Origin: an uncultured Chloroflexia bacterium
GTDB lineage: Bacteria; Chloroflexota; Limnocylindria; Limnocylindrales; CSP1-4
Direction of reading: 5' to 3'
Assembly: GCA_963819655.1 (NCBI GenBank)
Contig: CAWFXA010000002.1
Location: 736,001 to 800,000 of the forward strand
Length of the DNA stretch: 64,000 nt
Shown: positions 29,796-40,409 of the stretch, one piece after another
How positions within the stretch are numbered: the stretch's first letter is position 1
Layout of the letters: every line of letters starts with the position of its first letter
Position numbers and translations under genes: made by a program
The notes under the pieces: model-generated
The model's input: the letters and a program-made list of their open reading frames with translations, nothing else
Databases searched by the model: none
What the model was told of the DNA's origin: nothing

Positions 29796-31288
29796 CCGCA
29801 GCCACGAACGCGGAGAGTCCGAGCGGAGCGCGTCGCGGCTTCGCCTTGCCGTCGGCGTACACGATCCTGTTCATCCTCATCGTCATCACAGCGATCGCGA
29901 CGTGGATCATCCCGGCGGGAGCCTACGACCTCGACCCCGATGGCGAACCGATCCCCGGGACGTATCACCAGGTCGATCCGAACCCGCAGCGGATCGTCGT
30001 CGACTCGTTGATGGCCCCGATCAACGGGCTCTACGGCATCGAGGGCGAGGACGGGAGCATCAGCGTCTGGAACACGGGTGAGCTGTTCGGCGCGATCGAC
30101 GTCGCCCTGTTCATCCTTGTGATCGGCGGGTTCCTCGGGGTGACCATGTCGACCGGGGCTATCCAGGGCGGCATCGCGCGAATCGTCGCGCGGCTCAGGG
30201 GCCGTGAGGGGTTGCTGATCCCGATCCTGATGACCGTGTTCGCCATCGGCGGGACGACGTTCGGGATGGCCGAGGAGAGCCTGGCGTTCTACGCACTCGT
30301 GATCACGGTGATGATCGCGGCCGGCTACGACTCGCTGGTTGCCGCGTCGATGCTCCTGCTCGGTTGCGGCATCGGCGTCCTCGGCTCGACGATCAACCCG
30401 TTCGCGACCGGCATCGCCTCGGGCTTCGCTGGCGTGTCGATCGAGGAAGGCATCGTCGGGCGTCTCATCATCCTCGTCGTCGGCACGGCCATCGGGATCG
30501 TCTTCGTCATGCGCTACGCCGCGCGGGTCAAGGCCGACCCCGGCCAGTCGCTCGTGACCGACCAGAGAGCGGCGAACGAAGCCCAGTTCCGCACTGGTGC
30601 GGGCGACGACGGCGCTGCGTTGACCGGGGGCCAGAAGGCGGTTCTGATCCTGTTCGCCCTCGCCTTCGTCGTCATGATCTACGGCGTCATCCCGTGGGAG
30701 GACCTCGGCATCGGCCTGCCGACCCTGTGGTGGTGGTTCCCCGAGATGACGGCGTCATTCCTGTTGTTCGCGATCCTCATCGGGATCGTCGCGCGGATGT
30801 CGGAGACCAACTTCACGTCAACGTTCGTCGACGGCACCCGCGACCTGCTGGGCGTGGCGCTCATCATCGGCATCGCCCGCGGCATCACGGTCATCATGAA
30901 CAACGGCCTGATCACGGACACCGTGCTTAACGCGGCTGAGCAGGCGATGGGCGGGCTCGGCGGGGTGGCCTTCATCAACCTCATGTACTTCCTGTTCCTG
31001 CCGCTCTCGTTCCTCATCCCGTCATCGTCCGGCCTAGCGACCGTGGCGATGCCGATCATGGCGCCGCTGGCGAGCTTCGCCGACGTGCCAGCGCCACTCG
31101 TCGTGACCGCCTACCAGAGCGCGAACGGGCTGGTCAACCTCGTGACCCCGACCTCCGCGGTGGTCATGGGTGGGCTGGCTATCGCCCGCGTGGGCTATGG
31201 GACGTGGCTCCGCTTCGTCTGGCCGGTCCTGATCTTGTTGGCGATCCTGACGGTCGTCGTCCTGACGGGTGCGATGCTGCTGCAGTGA
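29792..31288 (+). CDS. YfcC/ArcD-like transporter (DcuC superfamily)
   Basis: PSAYTILF, FGMAEE, STINPF, PSSSGLA, PTSAVVMG; TTG start overlapping nhaC stop. Confidence 0.9.
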   Translation: MTAATNAESPSGARRGFALPSAYTILFILIVITAIATWIIPAGAYDLDPDGEPIPGTYHQVDPNPQRIVVDSLMAPINGLYGIEGEDGSISVWNTGELFGAIDVALFILVIGGFLGVTMSTGAIQGGIARIVARLRGREGLLIPILMTVFAIGGTTFGMAEESLAFYALVITVMIAAGYDSLVAASMLLLGCGIGVLGSTINPFATGIASGFAGVSIEEGIVGRLIILVVGTAIGIVFVMRYAARVKADPGQSLVTDQRAANEAQFRTGAGDDGAALTGGQKAVLILFALAFVVMIYGVIPWEDLGIGLPTLWWWFPEMTASFLLFAILIGIVARMSETNFTSTFVDGTRDLLGVALIIGIARGITVIMNNGLITDTVLNAAEQAMGGLGGVAFINLMYFLFLPLSFLIPSSSGLATVAMPIMAPLASFADVPAPLVVTAYQSANGLVNLVTPTSAVVMGGLAIARVGYGTWLRFVWPVLILLAILTVVVLTGAMLLQ

Positions 31289-31301
31289 TCGCGCGGAGAG
31301 G

Positions 31302-31937
31302 TCAGCTTCCCTCGATGCGGGCCACCTCAGCGAGCAGTTCAGCGGCGATGGCATCCACGTCGCGGGTGCCATCGAGCCGGATGAGTGGCAGATCCGCGCG
31401 AGCCCACACATCGATGACCGGCGCGACGCGGGTCTCGTAGTCGCTGACGCGGCGATCGAAGACGGCCGCGTCGCCATCATCCGTGCGTCGCTGGAGCTCC
31501 GTCCCGCAGCGGACGCAGATCGTGGTCGGCGTATGGTCCGACCAGCCGCAAGCCGGGCAGATCATGCGCCCGAGCATGCGGTCGCGGCTGACGGCCTCTG
31601 GCGTGTCGACGACGACCGCGATCCCGTGGTCGATCGGGGCCGCGAGCCACGCCTCGAGCTGCGCGATGTCGCGCGGGAAGCCGTCGAGGATCACTCCGGT
31701 CGTGTCCGACGGCAGGCCCTGGATGAACTCGCGCACGATCCGGACCGCCAGCTCGTCGGATCCGTACCCGCCGGCCGCCATCGTCTCGCGCAAGGCCCGC
31801 TGCTCATCCGAGGGTCCGGCGGCCCACTCGCGCATCGCTTGGCCGGTGGAAAGGGCCAGGTAGCCGGCCTCGGCCAATCGCTGGCCCACCGTGCCTTTGC
31901 CCGATGCGGGTCGCCCGAAGAGGACCAGCGTCGTCAT
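31302..31937 (-). CDS. adk: Adenylate kinase-family nucleoside monophosphate kinase
   Basis: GRPASGKGT P-loop, STG, LDGFPR, zinc LID CPAC/CVRC, RRTDD. Confidence 0.85.
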   Translation of the reverse strand: MTTLVLFGRPASGKGTVGQRLAEAGYLALSTGQAMREWAAGPSDEQRALRETMAAGGYGSDELAVRIVREFIQGLPSDTTGVILDGFPRDIAQLEAWLAAPIDHGIAVVVDTPEAVSRDRMLGRMICPACGWSDHTPTTICVRCGTELQRRTDDGDAAVFDRRVSDYETRVAPVIDVWARADLPLIRLDGTRDVDAIAAELLAEVARIEGS

Positions 31938-33451
31938 GTCGACCTCCCGGCGCCGAACCGCTCGGCGAGCACGCCATGGCGGAGCCCGAAATCGCTGACC
32001 GTCAGTGATGTCTGGCCGAGCTTGTCCATCACGGTCCGGACGATGCAGGCGCCGGCCAGGATCACCTCGGCTCGCTTCGGCTGGAGACCGACGATCGTCC
32101 GGCGCGCATCGGCGTCCCGTGTCCGGTAGAGCTCGATCTGGCGGTCGATCGCATCGCGATCGAGGACGGTGCCCTGGATGACCGCCGGGTCGTAGACCGC
32201 GAGCTCATGCTTGACCGCGGCGAGGTTGGTCACCGCACCACCCATCGCCACGAGCGCGTCCGGTCTGGCGCGGCCATCAAGGCTGGCGAAGTCCTTCGAC
32301 ATCGTCGCCTGGACCTCGGCGAGGGTCTCGGCCGAGGTGACGCCATCGAGGCCGAACTGCTCCGTGTAGGCCACGGCCCCAAGGGGCAGGCTAAAGCGCT
32401 CGTCGATGCGTCCATCGTGGCCGAAGGTGAACTGCGTGCTGCCGCCGCCCGTGTCGAACACCACGACGTGACCGGCATCCGTCGCGAGGCCGATCGAGAC
32501 CGCGGCGTAGGCGAGCCGGGCCTCCTCCTCGCCGCTGATCTCCTCGACATCGACGCCGGTGCGCTCGCGGATGGCCGACAGCACGTGGTCGCGGTCGCGC
32601 GCGGCTCGCACCCAGGCGGTCGCCACCGCCGCGATCGCGGCGACGCCCTCGCGTTTCGCCTCGTCGGCCATCGCGCCGATGACCTCGATCGTCCGCTCGA
32701 GGGCGGCAGGCGCGACCGTCCCGCCGCTCTCGAGGCCCTCGCCCATCCGAGTGATCTCCGCGCGGTCCGCGACCGTCCGCCACGTGCCGTCAGCTTGGCG
32801 CTCGCCGATGTGGAACTTGACCGAGTTCGTCCCGACATCGATCACCGCGTAGCGCGGGGGCCGGCCGATCAGCAGCGCGGCGAGCCCGACCGGGTAACTC
32901 GTGTTGACGTAGCCCCCGAGACCGACCGAGCGGACGGCAGCGATCACAGCGGCCGGGTCCTCGGCTTCGATGGCGATGGTCCGGATGGGCTGTCCGTCAG
33001 CGGTGACGTCGGAGACTTCCGCGGTGCAGCCACCGGGCGCATAGCGGACGCGTCGCTTGTGGACCGCGACCGCGCGAACGGCGCTACCGGGCTGTGCGAC
33101 CTCGGCGAGGAAGCCGTCCAGGCTCGCTGCCGCGTCGTCGGACGGGGTGGACGGAAGGCGAAGCGCCTGGGTGACGATCGCCAGATCGGCCGGCGCCAGC
33201 GGGAAGGCGACCTTCGCCACCGGCTCCCAGCGCTCGAGCCCATCCGGGTTCACCTCGCGGAGCGTCTTCACGTCCATGAGGTCGAACCGGATCTTCACGA
33301 CATCGGTCGTCGGCTGCCCGTCGTCGACGAGCAGGTAGACCTCGTCCGACTCCTGCACGGCGCCGGGGGTCATGGCCCCGAACGCGGCTTCGGCGGCGCC
33401 GAAGCGCTGCCCGAATGTCCGGAACTCCCAGCGCGGGATGATCACGCTCAT
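31934..33451 (-). CDS. Ppx/GppA phosphatase with extra ~200-aa N-terminal (CYTH-like) domain
   Basis: IDVGTNSVK, ATAWVR, ISGEEEA, DTGGGSTQ, GLRHG. Confidence 0.88.
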   Translation of the reverse strand: MSVIIPRWEFRTFGQRFGAAEAAFGAMTPGAVQESDEVYLLVDDGQPTTDVVKIRFDLMDVKTLREVNPDGLERWEPVAKVAFPLAPADLAIVTQALRLPSTPSDDAAASLDGFLAEVAQPGSAVRAVAVHKRRVRYAPGGCTAEVSDVTADGQPIRTIAIEAEDPAAVIAAVRSVGLGGYVNTSYPVGLAALLIGRPPRYAVIDVGTNSVKFHIGERQADGTWRTVADRAEITRMGEGLESGGTVAPAALERTIEVIGAMADEAKREGVAAIAAVATAWVRAARDRDHVLSAIRERTGVDVEEISGEEEARLAYAAVSIGLATDAGHVVVFDTGGGSTQFTFGHDGRIDERFSLPLGAVAYTEQFGLDGVTSAETLAEVQATMSKDFASLDGRARPDALVAMGGAVTNLAAVKHELAVYDPAVIQGTVLDRDAIDRQIELYRTRDADARRTIVGLQPKRAEVILAGACIVRTVMDKLGQTSLTVSDFGLRHGVLAERFGAGRST

Positions 33452-33476
33452 CGGGACGCAGCGGCGCTCGACTCCC

Positions 33477-36233
33477 TCACGAGGCTGCCGCTGGCAGCGG
33501 TGCACCGCCCGCCGTGACGGCCTCGGTCGAGGCTGCCCGACGGCGGAAGACCTTGCGGATCTCCGCCACGATGATGATCAGGGCGCCCGCAACGATGCAG
33601 ATCGCCCACTGATCCACGCTGAGCTCCACCGTGTCGAGCACCCGCTGGAGCGGACCGAACGTCGTGGCCAGGAAGATGGTCAGCAGCGACAGCGCCGATG
33701 TCTTCAGCAGGACGCTGTTCTCGAGAAGCTCACTACTGAAGATCGTGCGCTCTTCGTCCGACGTCTCGATCGAGAAGAAGAGGTGCAGCATCGAGAAAGT
33801 CACGAGGCCCATCGTGTGGGCGACGGTCTCGTCGAAATTGTTCCCGGCCCAGACGATGACGGCGAGGGTGATCGCAGCCATGACCAGTCCGATGAACGCG
33901 AGCCAGGCGAACAGGGGCCGCGGCAGGATCTGCTGGTCCTTGGGCCTGGGGGCTTCCTCCATGAGGCCCTCGCGTTGTTTGCCGTAGCCGAGGCCGATGG
34001 CCTGGAAGATGTCGACGGTGAAGTTGATCCACAGGGTCTGCAGCGGCAGGAACGGGACGCCACCAAGGATCCCGAAGATGCTCGCGCCGAGGAACGTTCC
34101 GATGAAGCTGAAGAGACACGCCATCTGGAACCGGATGTAGCGCACCAGGTTGTCGTACAGCGCGCGCCCCTGCTCCACGGCCCGCACGATCGTCGCGAAG
34201 TTGTCGTCGGTCAGGATCATCACGGCGGCCTCTTTGGAGACCTCCGTGCCGGTGATGCCCATCGCAACGCCGATGTCAGCCATCTTGAGAGCCGGCGCGT
34301 CGTTCACGCCGTCGCCGGTCATCGCCACGATGTGGCCCTTGCGGCGGAGGATGTCGACCAGGTGGACCTTGTCTTCGGGGGCCACGCGGGCGATGACGCC
34401 TATGTCATCGATCCGGCGATCGGCTTCCTCGTCGGACATGGCGCGGAAGTCGGCGCCGGTCATGGCCTGGCCCTCGATCCCGAGCTGGCGGGCGATGGCA
34501 TCGGCCGTCACGGCGTGGTCGCCGGTGATCATTCGCACCTTGATGCCGGCGGCCTTTGCCTTGGCGATGGCGTCCCGGGCCTCAGCGCGGGGCGGGTCGA
34601 CGATACCGACGATGGCCAGGAGCTGGAGGTCGCTGACCAGTGGCAGGAGATCGGCGTTCGGGTCGAACGTGGCCGGATCGAAGTCACGCTGCGCGGTGGC
34701 CATGACGCGCAGGCCCTGGGCGCCGAGTCGCTCGTTCTCGGCAAGGAACGGTTCGCGGACCCGGTCGATCGGGACGTCCGCACCATCGGGACCATGGGCC
34801 GACGTGGCCCGGGCGAGCAGCTGGTCGGGGGCCCCCTTGACGAAGCAGCGGATGACGGTCTTGCCAGCGTCATCCTCCATGCGGTGGAACGTAGCCATGA
34901 ACTTGTAGGCCGCATCGAACGGCAGCGTCGCCACCCGCGGATAGCGCTCGCGCGTCAACGTGGGGTCGACGCCGCCCTTGGCGGCGAGCACGACGAGCGC
35001 GCCCTCGGTCGGGTCCCCGACCAGCGAGCCATCGCGCACCTCCGCGTCGGCGCACAGGGCCATCGGCAGCAGCAGTCCCTCGAGCGGGACATCGGGTTGC
35101 CCGCCCGTATGCGTGATTTGCCCGTCCGTCGAGTAGCCCTCGCCCGAGATCGCGTAGCGCCGCCCGACCACCGCCATCTGCACTGCCGTCATCTGGTTCA
35201 GGGTCAGGGTGCCCGTCTTGTCCGAGTTGATCGCAGAAGTCGAGCCTAGTGTCTCGACCGAGCGCAAACGCTTCACGATCGCGCCGGACGCGGCGAGCGC
35301 AGTGGTGCCCGACGTGAGGATCGTCGTCACGACCGCGGGCAGGCCGGTCGGGATCGCCGAGACGGAGAACGAGATCGCGGTCAGGAACAGGACGTCGAAC
35401 GGTGTGTCTCGCGCCAGACCGATCAGGATCGAGACCAGGAGTGCGATACCGGCGATGACGAGGATCTGGTTGGTCAGGGTGTTGAGCTGGCGGGTGAGGG
35501 GCGTGACCTCGTCCTTGGTCCGCTGGAGCATGCCGCTGATGTGACCGACCTCGGTCGACATGCCTGTTGCGACGACGAGGATCGTTCCCGCACCGCGGGT
35601 GACCTGCGTGTTCATGAACGCGAGGTCGATGCGATCGCCCAACGCCGAGTCGTCGGGGACGGCATCGATCTGCTTGGGGACCGGGACGCTCTCGCCTGTC
35701 AGCGCCGACTCATCGATCTCGAGCGTGGCTGCGCTGAGGATCCGCGCGTCCGCCGGGACGAGGTCGCCGGCCTCGATGTTGACGATGTCGCCAGGCACCA
35801 GGTCGCCCATCGGTAGTTCGACAAGGTCCCCGTCGCGACGTACCTTGGCCTTCACGACCATCATCTTCTGGAGGGCGGCCACGCTGGCCGACGCCTTGCC
35901 TTCCTGGCTGAGGCCCATCGCTGCGTTCAGGAGGGTCAGGGCGATGAGGACCACGCCGGTCGCGACCTGGTTCGGGATGAACAGGCTCAGGACGCCGGCC
36001 GCCAGCAAGACGATCTGCATCGGATCCTTGTATTGGCGCACGAACGCCTGCCAGCGCGGCTCCTTGGCCGCCTCGGCGAACTTGTTGGGGCCGTAACGCG
36101 CGCGACGCGTCTCCACCTCGGCGGTCGCCAGGCCGTCGGCGACGGTGACGCCCTGTCGCTCGAGCGCCTCGGTGGGCGTCAGGCCGTGCCAGGCGGTTCC
36201 CGCATCGGCGGCGCCAACGTCGCTCCCTGTCAT
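33477..36233 (-). CDS. Cation-transporting P-type ATPase (P2A-like)
   Basis: LTGES, IPTGLP, DKTGTLT, KGAP, MITGDH, TGDGVNDAPAL. Confidence 0.95.
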   Translation of the reverse strand: MTGSDVGAADAGTAWHGLTPTEALERQGVTVADGLATAEVETRRARYGPNKFAEAAKEPRWQAFVRQYKDPMQIVLLAAGVLSLFIPNQVATGVVLIALTLLNAAMGLSQEGKASASVAALQKMMVVKAKVRRDGDLVELPMGDLVPGDIVNIEAGDLVPADARILSAATLEIDESALTGESVPVPKQIDAVPDDSALGDRIDLAFMNTQVTRGAGTILVVATGMSTEVGHISGMLQRTKDEVTPLTRQLNTLTNQILVIAGIALLVSILIGLARDTPFDVLFLTAISFSVSAIPTGLPAVVTTILTSGTTALAASGAIVKRLRSVETLGSTSAINSDKTGTLTLNQMTAVQMAVVGRRYAISGEGYSTDGQITHTGGQPDVPLEGLLLPMALCADAEVRDGSLVGDPTEGALVVLAAKGGVDPTLTRERYPRVATLPFDAAYKFMATFHRMEDDAGKTVIRCFVKGAPDQLLARATSAHGPDGADVPIDRVREPFLAENERLGAQGLRVMATAQRDFDPATFDPNADLLPLVSDLQLLAIVGIVDPPRAEARDAIAKAKAAGIKVRMITGDHAVTADAIARQLGIEGQAMTGADFRAMSDEEADRRIDDIGVIARVAPEDKVHLVDILRRKGHIVAMTGDGVNDAPALKMADIGVAMGITGTEVSKEAAVMILTDDNFATIVRAVEQGRALYDNLVRYIRFQMACLFSFIGTFLGASIFGILGGVPFLPLQTLWINFTVDIFQAIGLGYGKQREGLMEEAPRPKDQQILPRPLFAWLAFIGLVMAAITLAVIVWAGNNFDETVAHTMGLVTFSMLHLFFSIETSDEERTIFSSELLENSVLLKTSALSLLTIFLATTFGPLQRVLDTVELSVDQWAICIVAGALIIIVAEIRKVFRRRAASTEAVTAGGAPLPAAAS

Positions 36234-36269
36234 CGTGAGCCTCCTAGTCGTCCATCACGACTGAGTCTG

Positions 36270-36297
36270 ATGATGCACCGGATCACCGGCGCATCAT
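36270..36297. promoter_or_regulatory. 12-4-12 near-perfect palindrome upstream of the P-type ATPase
   Basis: ATGATGCACCGG-ATCA-CCGGCGCATCAT. Confidence 0.5.
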
Positions 36298-36435
36298 TGC
36301 CTGCGTCGGCATACACGACGTCATCAGGTTCGGGTGATGCCCGGCTCGGCGACGCAACGTTTGCCGCAAGCTCGCTGGCCGTCGGTGGGACAATGCAGTA
36401 GAACGGCAACGCCTTCTCGCCCACCCGTGCATCCC

Positions 36436-36489
36436 GGCCGCGACCTCTGGCCGATCCTCCACTCCCTTGCCGAATGGGGTGATCAGCAG
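36436..36489 (+). pseudogene. HxlR-type winged-helix C-terminal fragment
   Basis: GRDLWPILHSLAEWGDQQ. Confidence 0.45.
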
Positions 36490-36830
36490 GCGGCCCCTCG
36501 CCTCCTGCCGTCCTCCCTCGTGGCCGCAGCGAACCCGTCGCTGCTGCCAGCCGCCCGTCAACTCGGCAGGAAACTCGATGCCCTCATCAGTAACGCGACA
36601 GGCGCTGCGAGGCCATTTCCAGCAAGTCCATCGACGAGCCTTGCGGTGGCTGACGAACTGAGTCCCTGACGCGACGCATCTGATCGATTTCCGCGCTCAA
36701 AAACATCGGGCATCACCTGCTGTAGCCGCACGGCGTGTTCATGAAACGCCAGCGGAAGCGACGCGTCGGCTTGGTTCGGGCAGGTACCTGCGTCGTCCTG
36801 ATGTGGGCACATCGATCGACGAGGAACTAG

Positions 36831-36956
36831 GTGGCGACAGACGAATCCTTCGGAGGAACGGGCTTCTGGCTCTGGCTGGTGAAGGCCGGAGCAATCGTCC
36901 TGGGCTGGCTCGTGGCGGTGGTGATCCTGATCCCTTGCTCGGCTCCTCGCCGCTAA
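36831..36956 (+). CDS. Possible small membrane peptide (41 aa)
   Basis: GAGGA RBS, GTG; FWLWLVKAGAIVLGWLVAVVILIP. Confidence 0.4.
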   Translation: MATDESFGGTGFWLWLVKAGAIVLGWLVAVVILIPCSAPRR

Positions 36957-37078
36957 GCACGCGCGGCGCCGCCCGGACCGGATGGGAATCACGAAGCGGC
37001 GCCGGAGGAGATCGGCGCCGCTTCGCGGAAGACGCGAACACGAGAGGGTGCGTGCCGCGTGAAGGAGAAGTCGATCGG

Positions 37079-37345
37079 TCAGGCCGCGCTCGCCTGAGGG
37101 ATCTGGCTCGCTTCGGCCAGGCGCCCGGATCGATAGAGATGCCGCAGGAACAGCACGCGGTTGATCTCAGTGAGCGTCCAGGACGCGTCGCCGACGCGCA
37201 GGCCGTTCAGATAAGCCACGAGATTGGCGGCTTCGGCCGATTCGAGGCCCTGCCGGATGAGGGCGCGATGCGTCCCACGGATCTTCCGCGATCCTGGAAG
37301 GACGTCTGCCGGCAATTTCGCGATCGATGCGGATGGGTGGTTCAT
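37079..37345 (-). CDS. Small conserved-looking hypothetical protein
   Basis: GLESAEAANLVAYLNGL...WTLTEINRVLFLRHL. Confidence 0.6.
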   Translation of the reverse strand: MNHPSASIAKLPADVLPGSRKIRGTHRALIRQGLESAEAANLVAYLNGLRVGDASWTLTEINRVLFLRHLYRSGRLAEASQIPQASAA

Positions 37346-37566
37346 GAGGGATGCCTCGGGCTTGATCTGCGGTCACCACGCTAGTCGCGCCGGCCGGCCC
37401 CGCGAAGTCACATGGGTCGTGACTGCCATGTGAGGTCCGTCCCAAGGAGACCGTGACGGCTGTCACTGCTCGGATAGGACGCTCGCGACTTCCGACGCCC
37501 GAGCGCCCCCGATAGGGTCGGACGACGACAGGTCCGTGTGGAGACACGACCAGAGGAGAACGACTG

Positions 37567-37890
37567 ATGGCCACAACCACCTCCGGGCGATCCATCGTCC
37601 GGCCGACGACCGGGAGCCGCACCGAAGCGGCGCCCAGCAAATGGGCCATCTTCGGACTCGTGTCGGTCGGCACGTTCATGACGACGCTCGACGCCTCGAT
37701 CGTCAACATCGCGCTGCCGTCCATCGCGCGATGGTTCGACACGCCGGCGAGCGGTCTCGTCGAATGGGTCGTGATCGCCTACCTGATGGCGATCGCCGCC
37801 ACGCTCCTGACGTTCGGCCGACTGGCCGACCTGGTGGGGCGCGAGAAGATCTGGGTCGCCGGCCTCGCTCTCTTCAGCGCAGGCTCGGTG
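37567..37890 (+). pseudogene. MFS (DHA2) transporter N-terminal fragment
   Basis: GTFMTTLDASIVNIALP, FGRLADLVGREK, then similarity ends; AGGAG RBS. Confidence 0.8.
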
Positions 37891-38312
37891 CCGGTGAGCT
37901 GCGCGAGCGCCTCCCGGAGTGTCGCGTCCTCATCCTCACGACGTTCGGCCGGCCGGGCTATCTGCGCATGGCGATGGAGCGCGGGGTCGCAGGCTTCCTG
38001 CTCAAGGACGCGCCAGCCGGGCAGCTGGCGGACGCGATCCGACGGGCCATGGCGGGCCTGCGAACCGTGGACCCAGCGCTCGCCGTCGCGGCGCTGAGCG
38101 AGGGGTCGAATCCGCTCACGGACCGCGAGCGGGAAGTGCTCATCGCCTCGACCGAGGAGGCGACCGTCGCCGACATCGCCGGACGACTCTTCCTCTCGGA
38201 AGGCACGATCCGCAATCACCTGTCCGCGGCGATCCAGAAGCTCGGGGCGCACAATCGCGCCGAGGCGGTCCGCATCGCGCAGGAGAAGGGCTGGCTCGAA
38301 CCCGGCTCCTAG
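37890..38312 (+). pseudogene. NarL/DesR response regulator lacking its N-terminus
   Basis: VLILTTFGRPGYL, FLLKD, LTDRERE...LSEGTIRNHLS; no start codon or phospho-Asp. Confidence 0.8.
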
Positions 38313-38316
38313 GTTG

Positions 38317-38748
38317 CTAGGAGGCCCGTCCAGCGCCCGCATCGTCCGGTCCGTCCCCGACGACGCTCGGATCCGCCTCACGCATCGCGGCTGCCAGCCA
38401 GGACCGCGCGCCGGTCACCGCGACGGCGAGGCCGATCACGACGAGCAGCGGCCCGAGCGCGAGACCGAGAGCGACGGTGCCCGCGCCGACACCGACGAAG
38501 AGCGGGGCGAAGGCAGGTGCCGGGATCCGGCCGGGATCGCGCCCGATCGGCCACCCGTCGGCCGTCCGTTCGGCCTCCCTCGACCTGAACCACAGGACGC
38601 CCGAGGCGACGGCACTGGCGGCCCCGAACCCGAGCAACATGACGGTCCCGGCCGCCTCATAGGCCACGAACCAGTAGACGACCCCGATGATGAGACCGAA
38701 CGCCGCGATCCGGACGAAGAACAGGACCTCCTCGGGCAGCCGCATCAT
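38317..38748 (-). CDS. ctaF: Cytochrome c oxidase subunit 4 (CtaF-like)
   Basis: [17 protein letters not shown] segments, coupled to coxI. Confidence 0.7.
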   Translation of the reverse strand: MMRLPEEVLFFVRIAAFGLIIGVVYWFVAYEAAGTVMLLGFGAASAVASGVLWFRSREAERTADGWPIGRDPGRIPAPAFAPLFVGVGAGTVALGLALGPLLVVIGLAVAVTGARSWLAAAMREADPSVVGDGPDDAGAGRAS

Positions 38749-40409
38749 GGCTCGCTCGCCGGTGGGGTCCCGGCCGCGCGCTCGGCATCCATCCGCCAGT
38801 CGAACACCGGACGGGCGGACCGGATCGGCGGGAGGCTGCTGAAGTTGTGCGGCGGTGGGGGTGATGTCGTCGCCCATTCGAGGGTGAAGCCACCCCACGG
38901 ATCGGCCGGCGCGTCGGGGGGTCGACGGAGCGCGTCACCGACCGCCACAAGGAACGGGATCACACCGAGGCCGAGAACGACTGAGCCGATCGTCGACAGG
39001 ACGTTCAGCTCGACCCACCCGTTCGCGCCGCTGTAGTCGGCGATGCGCCGGGGCATCCCGAGGAAACCAAGTTGGTATTGCGGCAGGAACGTCAACGTGA
39101 AGCCCACGACCCACAGCGCGAGGTGGAGCCGGCCCAGGGTCTCGGACAGTCGCCGCCCGGTGATCTTGGGGAACCAGTAGTAGGTGGCCGCGAAGATGCC
39201 GAAGACGGTCCCGCCGATCAGCGTGTTGTGGAAATGGGCGACGACGAAATACGTGTCGTGAAGATGGAAATCGAGCGCGGGGGAGGCGAGGAGGACCCCG
39301 GTGATGCCGCCTAGCAGGAAAAGGTACATGAAACCGAGCGCCCACAGCATCGGCGTCTCGAACGTCAGCTGCCCGCGCCACATCGTGGCGATCCAGTTGA
39401 AGAACTTGATCCCGGTGGGCACCGCGATGGCGAACGACATGACGCTGAAGAACGGGAGGTTCACCGCGCCGGTCGCGAACATGTGATGGGCCCACACCGC
39501 CATCGACAGGCTGGCGATGGCGATCGTCGCGAAGACGAACGCGGTGTACCCGAACACGGGCTTGCGGCTGAAGACCGGGATGATCTCGGTGATGACGCCG
39601 AAGAACGGCAGGATCAGGATGTAGACCTCGGGGTGGCCGAAGAACCAGAAGATGTGCTGCCACAGGATCGCGTCGCCGCCCACCGTCGGATCGAAGAAGG
39701 CGCCGCCGAGGTGGCGGTCGATGAGGAGCATCGCAAACGCCGCGGTCAGCGGCGGGAACGCGACGAGCATGAGCAGCGACGTCACGAGGATGTTCCACGT
39801 GAAGATGGGCATCCGGAACATCCGCATCCCCGGCGCACGCAGGCCATAGATCGTCGCGATCAGGTTGATCGCCGCCAGCACACTCGAGAACCCGACGAGG
39901 GCCAGCCCGACGATCCACAGGTCGAGCCCGACGCCCGGTTCGTAGGCGCCCGTCAGCGGGACATAGCCGGTCCAGCCGCCCGCGGCGGCGCCCCCCGCGG
40001 TCAGGAAGCCGGCCAGGACGACGAGCCCGCCGAAGAGGAACAGCCAGTACGTCAGCGCGTTGAGCCGGGGGAACGCGACGTCCGGGGCGCCGATCTGGAG
40101 CGGGACGATGTAGTTGGCCAGTCCCGTCCCCATCGGCGTCCCGAACAGCAGCAGCATCACGGTCCCGTGGATCGTGAACAGCTCATCGAACGCCTGCGCA
40201 TCCATGACCTGCAGACCAGGAGCCGCGAGCTCGGCTCGCATCAGGAGCGCCAGCACGCCGCCGAAGAGGAAGAACAGGTACGACGTCGCGATGTAGAGGA
40301 TGCCGACCCGCTTGTGGTCGGTCGTGGTCAGCCACCCCGTCAGGCCGTTCACCGGAGCGTGGATGCGTTCCGAGGTGGCGGTGCCGACGACACTCTCAGT
40401 CGTGGTCAC
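38745..40409 (-). CDS. ctaD: Cytochrome c oxidase subunit I (A1 type)
   Basis: [42 protein letters not shown]. Confidence 0.96.
   Translation of the reverse strand: MTTTESVVGTATSERIHAPVNGLTGWLTTTDHKRVGILYIATSYLFFLFGGVLALLMRAELAAPGLQVMDAQAFDELFTIHGTVMLLLFGTPMGTGLANYIVPLQIGAPDVAFPRLNALTYWLFLFGGLVVLAGFLTAGGAAAGGWTGYVPLTGAYEPGVGLDLWIVGLALVGFSSVLAAINLIATIYGLRAPGMRMFRMPIFTWNILVTSLLMLVAFPPLTAAFAMLLIDRHLGGAFFDPTVGGDAILWQHIFWFFGHPEVYILILPFFGVITEIIPVFSRKPVFGYTAFVFATIAIASLSMAVWAHHMFATGAVNLPFFSVMSFAIAVPTGIKFFNWIATMWRGQLTFETPMLWALGFMYLFLLGGITGVLLASPALDFHLHDTYFVVAHFHNTLIGGTVFGIFAATYYWFPKITGRRLSETLGRLHLALWVVGFTLTFLPQYQLGFLGMPRRIADYSGANGWVELNVLSTIGSVVLGLGVIPFLVAVGDALRRPPDAPADPWGGFTLEWATTSPPPPHNFSSLPPIRSARPVFDWRMDAERAAGTPPASEP

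Noticed and set aside
33372-35249. Long antisense ORFs (625 aa here; also 22899-24392, 62323-63891, 45413-46879)
   Set aside because: Shadow ORFs of real genes caused by GC-rich codon bias; no family motifs
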